The notes under the pieces: generated by a model
Seen by the model: only the letters and a program-made list of their open reading frames with translations
The model's database searches: none
Told to the model about the DNA's origin: nothing
Made by a program: the position numbers and the translations under genes
Assembly: GCF_006345805.1 (NCBI RefSeq)
Contig: NC_043013.1
Coordinates: 20,212,001-20,276,000, forward strand
DNA from: Octopus sinensis
Taxonomy: Eukaryota
Length of the DNA: 64,000 bases
Reading direction: 5' to 3'
Shown here: piece after piece, positions 1-11,460 of the stretch
Layout of the letters: the number at the start of each line of letters is the position of its first letter
Position numbering within the stretch: the first letter of the stretch is position 1

Positions 1-89
1 TTTCATTCTACACGTGTTTCGAAAGGCACAAATTACCAAAATCCGATTGAATAATGGGACCATATTGTGTCTTTCTCTTCAGGAAGAAA
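1..89 (-). ncRNA. Type I hammerhead ribozyme, second copy identical to 1271-1359
   Basis: Exact reverse complement of the 1271-1359 fold; lies 3' of the endonuclease ORF on the same strand. Confidence 0.78.
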
Positions 90-700
90 AAAGGAAATCC
101 GTTGGAAAAACAAAAACAGAACAGAGGCAGAGCAAAAAACAAATCGAACTGTGCTCCTAAGAGCCCATGGCGAAACTGTTTATCAGTGTATGTTGAGAAC
201 CGGTGGCTGAAGAATTCAACAGGTCAGGCATCGGTCAAACATGTGGGTGAGGGTGTATAGATGTTCTTTGTGACCGAGAATAAAGTTCTGACTATTTAAG
301 GAATATTGGATGTTTTATAAGGGGCGAGAAAAAATCTACTTAGAGACGTGTGTGTGTGTATACTGTTCTATATATGTGTGTGTTGGCGTAGGGGTAGAAA
401 ACATTTTTTGTGTACGTGTGTGCGTTTGATCGTTCGGCTGTCAGTGGCTACTGCCGTGATAACCGTTGGGTGGCAGAAAGAAAAAAAATAAAGAAATTAT
501 ATATATATATTTTATGTTATATGTGTGTGTGTGTGTGTTCATCTAAGCCTACCTTGACAAGGAAACCCCCCGCTGTGAAAAAACAAGCCCCGTTTGTCTT
601 ACAGGAGTAATTTCCCTTGCAGTGGTTAATTGTAGATATCTTAAAATCTATTTCAGAATTTGTTACCAAGGGCTATGGGTGCCGGTCTTATTTATAAACG

Positions 701-1306
701 CTATTTAAAGGCCAGATAAGTGTAACGCCGCCAATGGGGGCATCGAAAAGCCGACTGTAAGAGCCCGTTTACCATCCGGCCTCTGGCAAACAAAATATGG
801 AAGAGTTCGGAGACACAAAGGTTGCACTGTCTTCTGCCCCTATCAAATGGGAGGGCCACCGACAAAATTGACCATTCCAGCCTATAGCTTAAGTTCGCAT
901 CCTTCAGTCGCCATATTAGCTTACTGAGTCCCGTGGTCTGGCGCTTGTCCACGTCCCGAAAAGTTGCGTAATGGTTGGAGACACGCAAAGACAATCTTGA
1001 GGACGATGCCCCTATATAAGTGAAGGCATCTGAGTCCGTGTAAACCTTGCATTGGTAGACGGCGTTTTTGATCTTGGAGTTCGCCGACGTGAATCTTACT
1101 CTGCTGGGATTGGTTTCTGAAATTAGAACTGCGTTCCTGTCACTATATTCGTTCCGAGACCTGCAGCCGCTTACTACTCTATTTTCCACTACGTCACTAT
1201 TAACTATAGGAATAACCCCTGATTCTCCACTATCTATCAGAGTGCTGTCATTTTCCAACGGATTTCCTTTTTTCTTCCTGAAGAGAAAGACACAATATGG
1301 TCCCAT
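701..1306 (-). CDS. GIY-YIG endonuclease domain of a Penelope-like element (no RT in this copy; the first ~19 codons come from the inverted repeat and are probably not the native start)
   Basis: Motifs AVYQCKV..YIG (aa 82-99), R108/H112, LSKLIWRLK, W, CNLC (161-164), E167, N180, RCPH (188-191). This matches my recollection of PLE C-terminal endonucleases with CxxC...CxH. Confidence 0.8.
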   Translation of the reverse strand: MGPYCVFLFRKKKGNPLENDSTLIDSGESGVIPIVNSDVVENRVVSGCRSRNEYSDRNAVLISETNPSRVRFTSANSKIKNAVYQCKVYTDSDAFTYIGASSSRLSLRVSNHYATFRDVDKRQTTGLSKLIWRLKDANLSYRLEWSILSVALPFDRGRRQCNLCVSELFHILFARGRMVNGLLQSAFRCPHWRRYTYLAFK

Positions 1307-1359
1307 TATTCAATCGGATTTTGGTAATTTGTGCCTTTCGAAACACGTGTAGAATGAAA
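1271..1359 (+). ncRNA. Type I hammerhead ribozyme (PLE pLTR)
   Basis: CTGAAGA core 1278-1284; stem II GAAAGACACAA (1285-1295)/TTGTGCCTTTC (1329-1339); GAAA 1340-1343; stem III AC-acgt-GT; GUA cleavage triplet 1349-1351; stem I TTTCTTC/GAA-t-GAAA. Confidence 0.8.
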
Positions 1360-1412
1360 TAAAACGATTTCTGTTCAATCTGCGTTCAGCTCCATTTCTT
1401 CAATTCACCAAT

Positions 1413-1450
<38 letters not shown>

Positions 1451-1464
1451 ATATATATACACTG

Positions 1465-1612
1465 GGTGTCATTCTGTTTCCATCTAGCAAATGCCCTCAT
1501 GAGGCATTGGTCAGTCCAAAGGTATAGTAGAAGACATTTACCCAAGGTGCCTTGCAGTGGGATTGAACCCGGAACCATATGCTTGAGTAGCAAACTTCTT
1601 ACCACATATATT
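1465..1612 (-). mobile_element. SINE family A head (tRNA-like 5' part)
   Basis: Reverse complement of the GTGGTAAG..GGTTC(C)GGGTTCAGTCCCACTG..CCTTGGGCAAGTGTCTTCTACTATAGCC module repeated many times in the window. Confidence 0.75.
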
Positions 1613-2719
1613 TTTTTTCTTTTTATCTTTTACCTATTTCATTCATTGGACTGCAGCCATGCCCAGGGCACCACCTTGGAAAGTTGAAGAAATCAACCTC
1701 AGGACTTATTTAAGTTTGGTATTTATTTTATTAGTCTCTTTTTGCTGAACTGCTGAGATACAGGGACATAAGCAATACAACAACAGTCTTTGAGCAGTAG
1801 GGATCAAACAAAAGCACACATACATACACACACACACACACACACATACACACACACACATCCTGTTGTGCCTTGGGAGCGTCATTACACCAATAATAAT
1901 AATAACACATGCATTGGTTCAATGTCACTTCTTTATTGGGCATGTGTCTTCTACTATAATCTTGGGCTGACCTAAGCCTTGTGAATGAATTTCATAGACA
2001 GAAACTGAGAGAAGCCCATTGTGTATGTATATATATATAATCATCATCATCATCGTTTAACATCCATCTTCCATGCATGCATGTGTTAGATGCTTGACAG
2101 GAGCCGGCCAGGTAGAAGTCTACCCCTGGCGACTGTGTCTGTTTTGGCAGGGGTTTTTATTGCTGGACACCCTTCCTAATACCACCCATGCTGGAGAATG
2201 GACTTAAGTACTTTTTACATGGCACTAGCACAGGCTATTTTCCTGAGCGTCCAATAATACTTTATTTGTTCCACATCCTCGCGTTGTTGTCTTTTTGTTT
2301 TCTTGTTTGGATTAACTTTATATATATATATATATATATATTTATTTATATATATATATGTTTATATATATGCATGTGTGTATACTTCAGTGTATGTGTT
2401 TGTCCCTCATCACCACTTGACAACCAGTGTTGGTGTGTTTAGATCCCCATAACTTAGCAGTTTGGCATAAGAGACTGATAGAAAAAGTACACGCTTTACG
2501 AAAAATGCTAAGTACAAAAATTGATAAGTTGAACTAAAATTCTTTGAGGTGGTGCTCCAGCATGGCCACAGTCGAATGATTGAAACAAGTAAAAGATAAA
2601 ATCCCCTGCATGGCCACAGTTCATGAGCTGAAACTAGATAACATAAAATAAAATTTTTAAAAAATAGGAAAGAAAAAAAATCAGTGCAGAAAGTTAGATA
2701 TTTATTTTTATATATATTT

Positions 2720-2902
2720 TGCGGGTGGCACGTAAAAAGCACCCACTACACTCACGGAGTGGTTGGCGTTAGGAAGGGCATCCAGCCGTAGAAACACTGC
2801 CAGATCAGACTGGGCCTGATGCAGCCTTCAGGCCTCACAGACCCCAGTTGAACCGTCCAACCCATGCTAGCATGGAAAGCGGATGCTAAATGATGATGAT
2901 AT
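2720..2902 (+). mobile_element. SINE/LINE-tail family B, 3' part ending in (GAT)n
   Basis: GTGGCACGTAAAAAGCACCCACTACACTC..GGTTGGCGTTAGGAAGGGCATCCAGC..CCAACCCATGCTAGCATGGAAAGCGGA..(GAT)n; more than 10 copies in the window. Confidence 0.75.
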
Positions 2903-3476
2903 TTTGAATAAAAATGTGACAAAATCTTTAAAGTTTTGTGAAAAATTTAACTTTGTAAAACTTTGTCAGACAGGAGTGAAAATTACATTTAAGTTTAATT
3001 CAGATGGGAGAAGCTAAAGTTAATTGGTGAGGAATTAGGTAATTAAGCGCAGAGATTAATTAGTTGGACTAAGTAATGAGAGGTGAATGAATGGACATTG
3101 GAAGAAGGTATTGAATTAAAAACAAGTGTGTGTGTGTGTGTGTGTGTGTTTATTGACAAGGAGGGTGAGTGGGTGTGTCTTTGTGGGTGATGGGGGGTAA
3201 ATTAGTCTTGATTTCTATTCAGAATTTATCACAAGGATTGGGGCAAATATCTGTTTCTAATTAATAATTATTAATTGAATAAACTGATTTGTTTTAGCGA
3301 ATGTTGTGTGTTTGTGTGGGTTTAGAAATGAATTGCAATAGAGTGTATCAATGTACATACATGTATGTATAAATGTGTGTGTTTGTAATAGGTGTGCATG
3401 CATATATGTGTGTGTGTGGTTTGTGTGTATGGATATGTAAGTTTGTTGTCTGTATATGTTTATTTGTGTATGTAGT

Positions 3477-3856
3477 GGAGGCGCAATGGCCCAGTGGTTA
3501 GGGCAGTGGACTCACGGTCATAGGATTGTGGTTTCGATTCCCAGACCGAGCGTTGTGAGTGTTTATTGAGCGAAAACACCTAAAGCCCACGAGGCTCCGG
3601 CAGGGGATGGTGGTGATCCCTGCTGTATCTTTCACCACAACTTTCTCTCACACTTACTTCCTGTTTCTGTTGTACCTGTACTTCAAAGGGCCAGCCTTGT
3701 CACTCTCTGTGTCACGCTGAATATCCCCGAGAACTACGTTAAGGTTACACGTGTCTGTGGAGTGCTCAGCCACATACATGTTAATTTCATGAGCAGGCTG
3801 TTCCGTTGATTCGGATCAACCGGAACCCTCGTCGTCGTAACCGACGGAGTGCTTCC
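3477..3856 (+). mobile_element. tRNA-derived SINE family C with 3' tail type T1
   Basis: Pol III A-box/B-box-like head GGAGGCGCAATGGCCCAGTGGTTAGG..GGTTTCGATTCCC; 3' ~185 nt shared with the family E copy at 27074-27395. Confidence 0.8.
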
Positions 3857-4473
3857 AAAAAATTTGTGTATGTATGTATCTATCTATCTTATCCATCCAT
3901 CCATCTATATATATATATATATATATTTCTTTGTGTCAGTGTATTTCTTTGTCTGTCTATCTGTCTGTCTGTCAGTCTATCAATCTATCTGTTTATTTCT
4001 CTGTCCATCCATCCATTTATCTGTGTGTGTGTGTGTGTGTGAATCTATGTGTGTGCATGTATCCAAGAGAGATGAAGCATGTGGTTTGCCAATGTTCCGT
4101 ATTGAGAGTCCAATGTTGTTGGGTTTTCTGGATTGTGAAGCTACGAGTTTGGTCTGAGTGAACCAAGGCATTTTGGGAGAAAAGTGATTTGAAATAACAA
4201 CGGAACACTTACTCTCAGTAATGTCGAGTAGAAAGATGTTTGGGTAATTGTTATCATCAGCGTCCGGTCAGCAGCCTTGTCTGGACCAATCCAATTCCTC
4301 TTCACCATATGTCCTGATCGAGTGATGCATCATGAATGCCTGACCTGGGTTGCAGTGGTGTTGGTCTTTCATTAGCTGCACACACCATGATTCCAGACGA
4401 CAGTAGTAATTTGTTAACTGAACTGACCGATCCTGGCCATTGAAAGTTTGTTAATCTATTCACCCGCTCAGTG

Positions 4474-7400
4474 TCTAGTGATATTTGCCATTGATCTAAT
4501 AAATTCATTTGCTGAAATAATTCATGTCCACTGCTGTGCTGCATCTCATGATTTCAAAAGGCCCTGGCTCGAGTGAGGACATACTGGTTGACCTATAACT
4601 ATAGCCTCTTCACCTGCTGACCATCTAGTGATATTTGCCATTGATCTAATAAATTCATTTGCTGAAATAATTCACGTCCACTGCTGTGCTGCATCTCATG
4701 ATTTCAAAAGGCCCTGGCTCCGGTGTGGACATACTGGTTGACCCATAACTATAGCCTCTTCACCTGCTGACCATCTAGTGATATTTACCATTGATCTAAT
4801 AAATTTATTTGCTGAAGTAGTTCATGTCCACTGCCGTGCTGCATCGCATGATTTCAAAAGGCCCTGGCTCGAGTGTGGACATCCTGGTTGACCTATAACT
4901 ATAGCCTCTTCACCTGCTGACCATCTAGTGATATTTGCCATTGATCTAATAAATTCATTTGCTGAAGTAGTTCATGTCCACTGCCGTGCTGCATCGCATG
5001 ATTTCAAAAGGCCCTGGCTCGAGTGAGGACATACTGGTTGACCTATAACTATAGCCTCTTCACCTGCTGACCATCTAGTGATATTTGCCATTGATCTAAT
5101 AAATTCATTTGCTGAAATAATTCACGTCCACTGCTGTGCTGCATCTCATGATTTCAAAAGGCCCTGGCTCCGGTGTGGACATACTGGTTGACCCATAACT
5201 ATAGCCTCTTCACCTGCTGACCATCTAGTGATATTTACCATTGATCTAATAAATTTATTTGCTGAAGTAGTTCATGTCCACTGCCGTGCTGCATCGCATG
5301 ATTTCAAAAGGCCCTGGCTCGAGTGAGGACATACTGGTTGACCTATAACTATAGCCTCTTCACCTGCTGACCATCTAGTGATATTTGCCATTGATCTATA
5401 AATTCATTTGCTGAAATAATTCACGTCCACTGCTGTGCTGCATCTCATGATTTCAAAAGGCCCTGGCTCCGGTGTGGACATACTGGTTGACCATAACTAT
5501 AGCCTCTTCACCTGCTGACCATCTAGTGATATTTGCCATTGATCTAATAAATTTATTTGCTGAAGTAGTTCATGTCCACTGCCGTGCTGCATCGCATGAT
5601 TTCAAAAGGCCCTGGCTCGAGTGTGGACATCCTGGTTGACCTATAACTATAGCCTCTTCACCTGCTGACCATCTAGTGATATTTGCCATTGATCTAATAA
5701 ATTCATTTGCTGAAGTAGTTCATGTCCACTGCCGTGCTGCATCGCATGATTTCAAAAGGCCCTGGCTCAAGTGTGGACATACTGGTTGACCTATAACTAT
5801 AGCCTCTTCACCTGCTGACCATCTAGTGATATTTGCCATTGATCTAATAAATTTATTTGCTGAAGTAGTTCATGTCCACTGCCATGCTGCATTGCATGAT
5901 TTCAAAAGGCCCTGGCTCAGGTGTGGACATACTGGTTGACCCATAACTATAGCCTCTTCACCTGCTGACCATCTAGTGATATTGCCATTGATCTAATAAA
6001 TTCATTTGCTGAAATAATTCATGTCCACTGCCGTGCTGCATCGCATGATTTCAACATGCCCTGGCTCGAGTGTGGACATACTGGTTGACTTATAACTATA
6101 ACCTCTTCACCTGCTGACCATCTAGTGATATTTGCCATTGATCTAATAAATTTATTGCTGAAGTAGTTCATGTCCACTGCCGTGCTGCATCGCATGATTT
6201 CAAAAGGCCCTAGCTCAAGTGGGGACATACTGGTTGACCTATAACTATAGCCTCTTCACCTGCTGACCATCTAGTGATATTTGCCATTGATCTAATAAAT
6301 TTATTTGCTGAAGTAGTTCATGTCCACTGCCGTGCTGCATCGCATGATTTCAAAAGGCCCTAGCTCAAGTGGGGACATACTGGTTGACCTATAACTATAG
6401 CCTCTTCACCTGCTGACCATCTAGTGATATTTGCCATTGATCTAATAAATTCATTTGCTGAAATAATTCATGTCCACTGCCGTGCTGCATCGCATGATTT
6501 CAACATGCCCTGGCTCGAGTGTGGACATACTGGTTGACTTATAACTATAACCTCTTCACCTGCTGACCATCTAGTGATATTTGCCATTGATCTAATAAAT
6601 TATTTGTTGAAATAATTCATGTCCACTGCCGTGCTGCATCGCATGATTTCAAAAGGCCCTGGCTCGAGTGTGGACATCCTGGTTGACCTATAACTATAGC
6701 CTCTTCACCTGCTGACCATCTAGTGATATTTGCCATTGATCTAATAAATTCATTTGCTGAAATAATTCATGTCCACTGCTGTGCTGCATCGCATGATTTC
6801 AAAAGGCCCTGGCTCAAGTGTGGACATACTGGTTGACCTATAACTATAGCCTCTTCACCTGCTGACCATCTAGTGATATTTGCCATTGATCTAATAAATT
6901 TATTTGCTGAAGTAGTTCATGTCCACTGCCATGCTGCATTGCATGATTTCAAAAGGCCCTGGCTCAGGTGTGGACATACTGGTTGACCCATAACTATAGC
7001 CTCTTCACCTGCTGACCATCTAGTGATATTTGCCATTGATCTAATAAATTATTTGTTGAAATAATTCATGTCCACTGCCGTGCTGCATCGCATGATTTCA
7101 AAAGGCCCTAGCTCAAGTGGGGACATACTGGTTGACCTATAACTATAGCCTCTTCACCTGCTGACCATCTAGTGATATTTGCCATTGATCTAATAAATTT
7201 ATTTGCTGAAGTAGTTCATGTCCACTGCCGTGCTGCATCGCATGATTTCAAAAGGCCCTAGCTCAAGTGGGGACATACTGGTTGACCTATAACTATAGCC
7301 TCTTCACCTGCTGACCATCTAGTGATATTTGCCATTGATCTAATAAATTCATTTGCTGAAATAATTCATGTCCACTGCCGTGCTGCATCGCATGATTTCA

Positions 7401-7594
7401 ACATGCCCTGGCTCGAGTGTGGACATACTGGTTGACTTATAACTATAACCTCTTCACCTGCTGACCATCTAGTGATATTTGCCATTGATCTAATAAATTT
7501 ATTTGTTGAAATAATTCATGTCCACTGCCGTGCTGCATCGCATGATTTCAAAAGGCCCTGGCTTGAGTGTGGACATACTGGTTGACCCACAACT
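4474..7594. repeat. 150-bp tandem satellite, about 21 units
   Basis: CCATCTAGTGATATTTGCC.. recurs at 4621, 4771, 4921, 5071, 5221, 5371 and onward; units differ by a few diagnostic substitutions and occasional 1-nt deletions. Confidence 0.97.
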
Positions 7595-8029
7595 GGGTTT
7601 CTGATAGTTGATACTACTCTAAGTCAGAGTAGACCAAATAACAATAGTGGCTAACAGGTGGTTCCACATCTCTTAAGATTCTGAAAATTCTTAATCAGAA
7701 ACCTATCACAAGATGCTGGCATCTCCTGCCTACACTACATTGTCATTCTAAAAGTAAGCAATTACATCAACGAAATTCCAATGCTACCAGATAAAACATA
7801 ATCAATTCAAAACTATGTAAACCAATAAGCAGTATATTTGACCCGGGTATAACTTTAACCCCTGAATGCCAAGGGGTTAAAGATATATACCCAGGTAATA
7901 TGAGAGGTTCTTTAATGGAAAATGTTTGTCACTCTTATACAAGTAATGTTGTTCTTTTCCAAACTGTCATGAAATTATGTCTGGTCATTGGGAAATATTA
8001 GATTCTAATGGAAATGGGTGAGGGTAGGA

Positions 8030-8034
<5 letters not shown>

Positions 8035-8068
<34 letters not shown>

Positions 8069-8172
8069 TATATATATACACATATATATGTATTTATTTG
8101 TATGTATGTATATATATATGTATTTATTTGTATGTATGTATATATATATGTATTTATTTGTATGTATGTATG

Positions 8173-8213
<41 letters not shown>

Positions 8214-8242
8214 TATATATATACATACATACATACAAATAA

Positions 8243-8287
<45 letters not shown>

Positions 8288-8290
8288 CAA
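8035..8290. repeat. Compound (AT)n/(ATGT)n microsatellite with a short internal unit repeated about three times
   Basis: Direct reading; TATGTATTTATTTGTATGTATG repeated. Confidence 0.9.
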
Positions 8291-9518
8291 TGGTACATAG
8301 ATGACTATTTTAATTCAATACTGACTTGATTGCATATACTGAATTTTTATTCAGCTGGGCAGCTATTTGCAACACCAGTGAATATTATATTCACTGTCTT
8401 CTGTGTTGGAGGCAACAAATTCTTTTATTATATATATATAATTCACACACATACACACATACAAATGTAAGTGTGCGTGCATGCATGTGTGTGTGTGTGT
8501 GTGTGGTGCATGTGTACACACATGATATACTGATTAAATATATACCAGAGAAAGATTTTAAGAAATATTGTATTACTTTGGGAAAGAGGTTGGAAGTAAT
8601 GGAGTTTGTATATGTTATAGCCTATGTGTGTAAGTGTATATACATGTGAGTGGATAAACGTGTGTGTATGTATGTTTATACTATATATGTGTACACATGA
8701 AAGCATATATATTTGTATGTATGTGTGTGTGTGTAAGTGTATATATGTGTGTTTATGTGTATGTATGTGTGTATATAATATTTATGCATATATGTACATA
8801 TACATCTGTGTACATGTGTGTTTGTGTATGACTTTATGTTTGTATGTTAGTGTCTATGTATGAATGTGTGAATGCGTGTTTTTAATTAAATCGCATTGAT
8901 AGCTTCTCAACATGTAATATTCTTTATTTTGTTTAAAATAAATCCCAGTTTTTAATATTTTCTTTCTAAACACTTAACTAAACCATTTAGAAAACGGAAT
9001 TCTATTTTTATTTTGATTTTGTTTATTTCTCCCTTCTTTTATTAATATTATTATCATTATTATTATTATTATTATTGACGTTGTTGTTGTTGTTTAATGT
9101 CTTTTGATTATTTTACCATTTCCTAAGACGTCAAAGCAATCAGAATCTCAGATGATAAATATTCTTTATTTTTGTTGTCATCATCGACATGGTTTTTCGT
9201 TGTTTTGACACGGTTTAAAAACCAAATTAAATTTGCGTAAGATAAAGTCTGTGAATAGCGTTTTAGTTTACTGAGTATATGACTGTTGTTGTTGTTGTTA
9301 TTGTTTTATTGCTTTGCGGCCAAAGACTCAGTTACAGTTTGCAAGCATAGCTGAATGGTAAAGCAATTCAATTCAGAGTCATAAGGCCCTGGGTTCAATC
9401 CCTCTATATAGCACTTTGAGTAAGATGCCTTTTACCTCAGACATCGATCAATGATCCAGGGCTTATAAGTAAAATTTGGCAGATGGAAACTGTGTGGAAT
9501 CCCACCAAGAGAATCCTG

Positions 9519-9815
9519 CCTCTAAAGAACTTATCAGCGATCAGCTAGTCTTGTATCCAGTTCTCATCAGTATACTGTGCAATCTCCCACCTGTCGTAAA
9601 GCACTTTATAGTACCAGTTTCTTCCCTCACAACTCTGAACTTTGGAATTCCCTTCCACAGTCTTGTTTACCTCTTCAATATGACCTCCAGTCTTTTAAGT
9701 CGAATGTACATCGTCACCTATTAGCTTCTGTCTAGCATCCATTATATTCTCGTAGTTCTTACGTTTTCAGTGGTCTAAGGACCTTGTAATGAATGAATGC
9801 TTTGAAAAAAAGAAT
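9519..9815 (+). pseudogene. 3' end of a CR1/L2/Jockey-group LINE ORF2 plus 3' UTR
   Basis: From 9565 translates HQYTVQSPTCRKALYSTSFFPHNSELWNSLPQSCLPLQYDLQSFKSNVHRHL, matching the SF.P....LWNSLP....FK C-terminal signature of these LINEs. Confidence 0.7.
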
Positions 9816-10706
9816 CAGAGGGAAGGGTCTCCTGTGTTGACCTGTCAGCATGTCTGTGGAATACTCAGCCACTCATATTACAGTTTGATGAATCAAAAAA
9901 CCAGTTTGTCGAATAACTGAGATTCTCCTTAAAACTCACCAATAACCTGTCTTCAACCTCACTTAACTTTGGTCTCTTCTGTTTATCTAGAATATAAATT
10001 GGAGATGGGCGATCATTGTATTCTTTCTTGTCTTGAGGTTTACAGCCAAATGGCTGGGTGGATTTGCGTGAAAAATGACACACATATGCAGACAGGTGCA
10101 TACATTGGAATGCAGTTTTATTTTTTCCTAGCTCCCATACTTACCGAGAAAATCTATTAAAATTTTTCTAATGGAATTCCCCTGTTTGTTCCGCCATTAA
10201 AACAACCAGTTGCTCACACAGTTGGCATATACCATTTCGCTAGCAACAAGGGGAGTACAGGATGACAGTCAGCCAAAACTTTAGCTATGCTGTCTCTCTT
10301 CTTCCCTCTCACATACACACATATACGCGCATACACACATACACACTCATACACATCCATTTCATATATCTTCTTTCAATTTCTGTTCTTTGCAAATAAA
10401 ATTTTTTACGGATACAACTGCTTACAAAAATAGGGATTAATGTATAATTTCTTTCTATGTTCATAATTAAATCAATGTTTTAATGATTACACAGAGGTCC
10501 AATACAATAGTTCTCAGAAACAGACTACGTACAAATACATCAATCATCACGACACACACCTTCACATCATCCGAACAGACCGGGTGAAACTGGGCTTAGC
10601 TGCTATATAACCAAGACTTGCAGCCTCTCCTCACTAAATAATTTTTACATTATACATCCATATCAACAAAAGTGGGTCTAAATATTACTTTCCACTTTTT
10701 GCCACT

Positions 10707-11036
10707 AAAAGACCCAACATTTTCATGTGGTGCAAGGGAAGGAAGATTTTGAAAAAGGTAGAGCTGACAGTTCTCTGAGAGGCAAATTTCAAAAATATTT
10801 TTCTCAGGGAGGGCTGAAAATACAGCGAGAAGGAATAGAATGCAATATGCCTTTCTGTAGAAACAGGCATTAGAAGATATGTTGGAACCAAAGTTCACTC
10901 AATGCTCAGAAGTCTTGGACTAGCTGCAAAGGAGAGAAAAGTTGTTGCAGGAAAGCTGTCAAAAGCCACTGAAAAAGCAAGCCATTTCATCTGGCTCAAA
11001 AGAGAGGATGAGTGGTGCTGCAAGAATGAGTGGTGA
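10707..11036 (+). pseudogene. Restriction-like endonuclease domain of an R2-group (HERO-like) non-LTR element, decayed
   Basis: One frame: KRPNIFMW..KVELTVL*E..*KY..*..CLSVETGIRRYVG..MLRSLGL..ATEKASHFIWLKRE..W*. Matches RPD..ELTVPWE..K.KY..VEVG.RG..AE.AS.WIW.KR; three premature stops. Confidence 0.75.
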
Positions 11037-11150
11037 TGGCTAAGTGGGTGAGGCTGGAAGTAATATCGATGTCAGTATGAGAGGTGAGTATTGATGATGT
11101 TTATCCTCCCAGGTCTGCTTTGATCCATATCAAGATATCTATCATCAATA

Positions 11151-11460
11151 GAGACGCAATGGCCCAGTGGTTAGGGCAGTGGACTCACAGTCGGAGGATT
11201 GCGGTTTTGATTCCTAGACTGGGCATTGTGTGTATTTATTGAGCGAAAACACCTAAAGCTCCATGAAGCTCTGGCAGGGGGTGGTGGCAACCTCTGTTGT
11301 ACTCTTTTGCCCCAACTTTCTCTCACTCTTTCTTCCTGTTTCTTGAGTAAGGCTGCAATGGACTGGCGTCCCGTCCAGCTAGAGGGGAACACATACACCA
11401 CAGAAACCAGGAAACCGTACCCATGATCCTGGCTATGCTTGAAAAGGGCGCATAAATAAA
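11151..11460 (+). mobile_element. SINE family C with V-domain-like 3' tail
   Basis: Same head as 3477 but the tail has GCTGCAATGGACTGGCGTCCCGTCCAG, resembling the V-SINE core as I recall it. Confidence 0.75.

Larger units (their letters stand above)
1..1404 (-). mobile_element. 5'-truncated Penelope-like retroelement (C-terminal GIY-YIG type) with an inverted copy of its 3' end at the truncation point
   Basis: 1-109 is the exact reverse complement of 1251-1359. An uninterrupted GIY-YIG ORF runs on the minus strand (1250 to 701). Both repeat copies contain a hammerhead fold. The inverted tail (1360-1404) ends near an (AT)n tract. The element runs off the window start. Confidence 0.85.

Noticed and set aside
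3477-3550. tRNA gene (also heads at 11151, 23522, 27074, 62000)
   Set aside because: A/B-box-like motifs continue into SINE bodies and no complete cloverleaf with acceptor stem is evident; these are SINE heads.
4080-4473. Integrase- or mariner-like words on the minus strand (FQWPG, LVHSDQ) next to the satellite
   Set aside because: Motif spacing and frames are not coherent enough to call by eye; a translated profile search would be needed.
4474-7594. Satellite as a coding repeat (50 codons; one + and one - frame have mostly a single TGA per unit) or as a retrozyme array
   Set aside because: Variants add TAG stops and 1-nt deletions break frame; no CTGANGA/GAAA hammerhead core found in the unit on either strand.
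7985-8863. Stacked ORFs rich in YI/HT/VC dipeptides (likewise around 12.5, 14.2, 16.5, 17.1, 34.2, 37.3, 54.8 and 56 kb)
   Set aside because: They are translations of (AT)n, (CA)n and (GT)n microsatellites, not genes.
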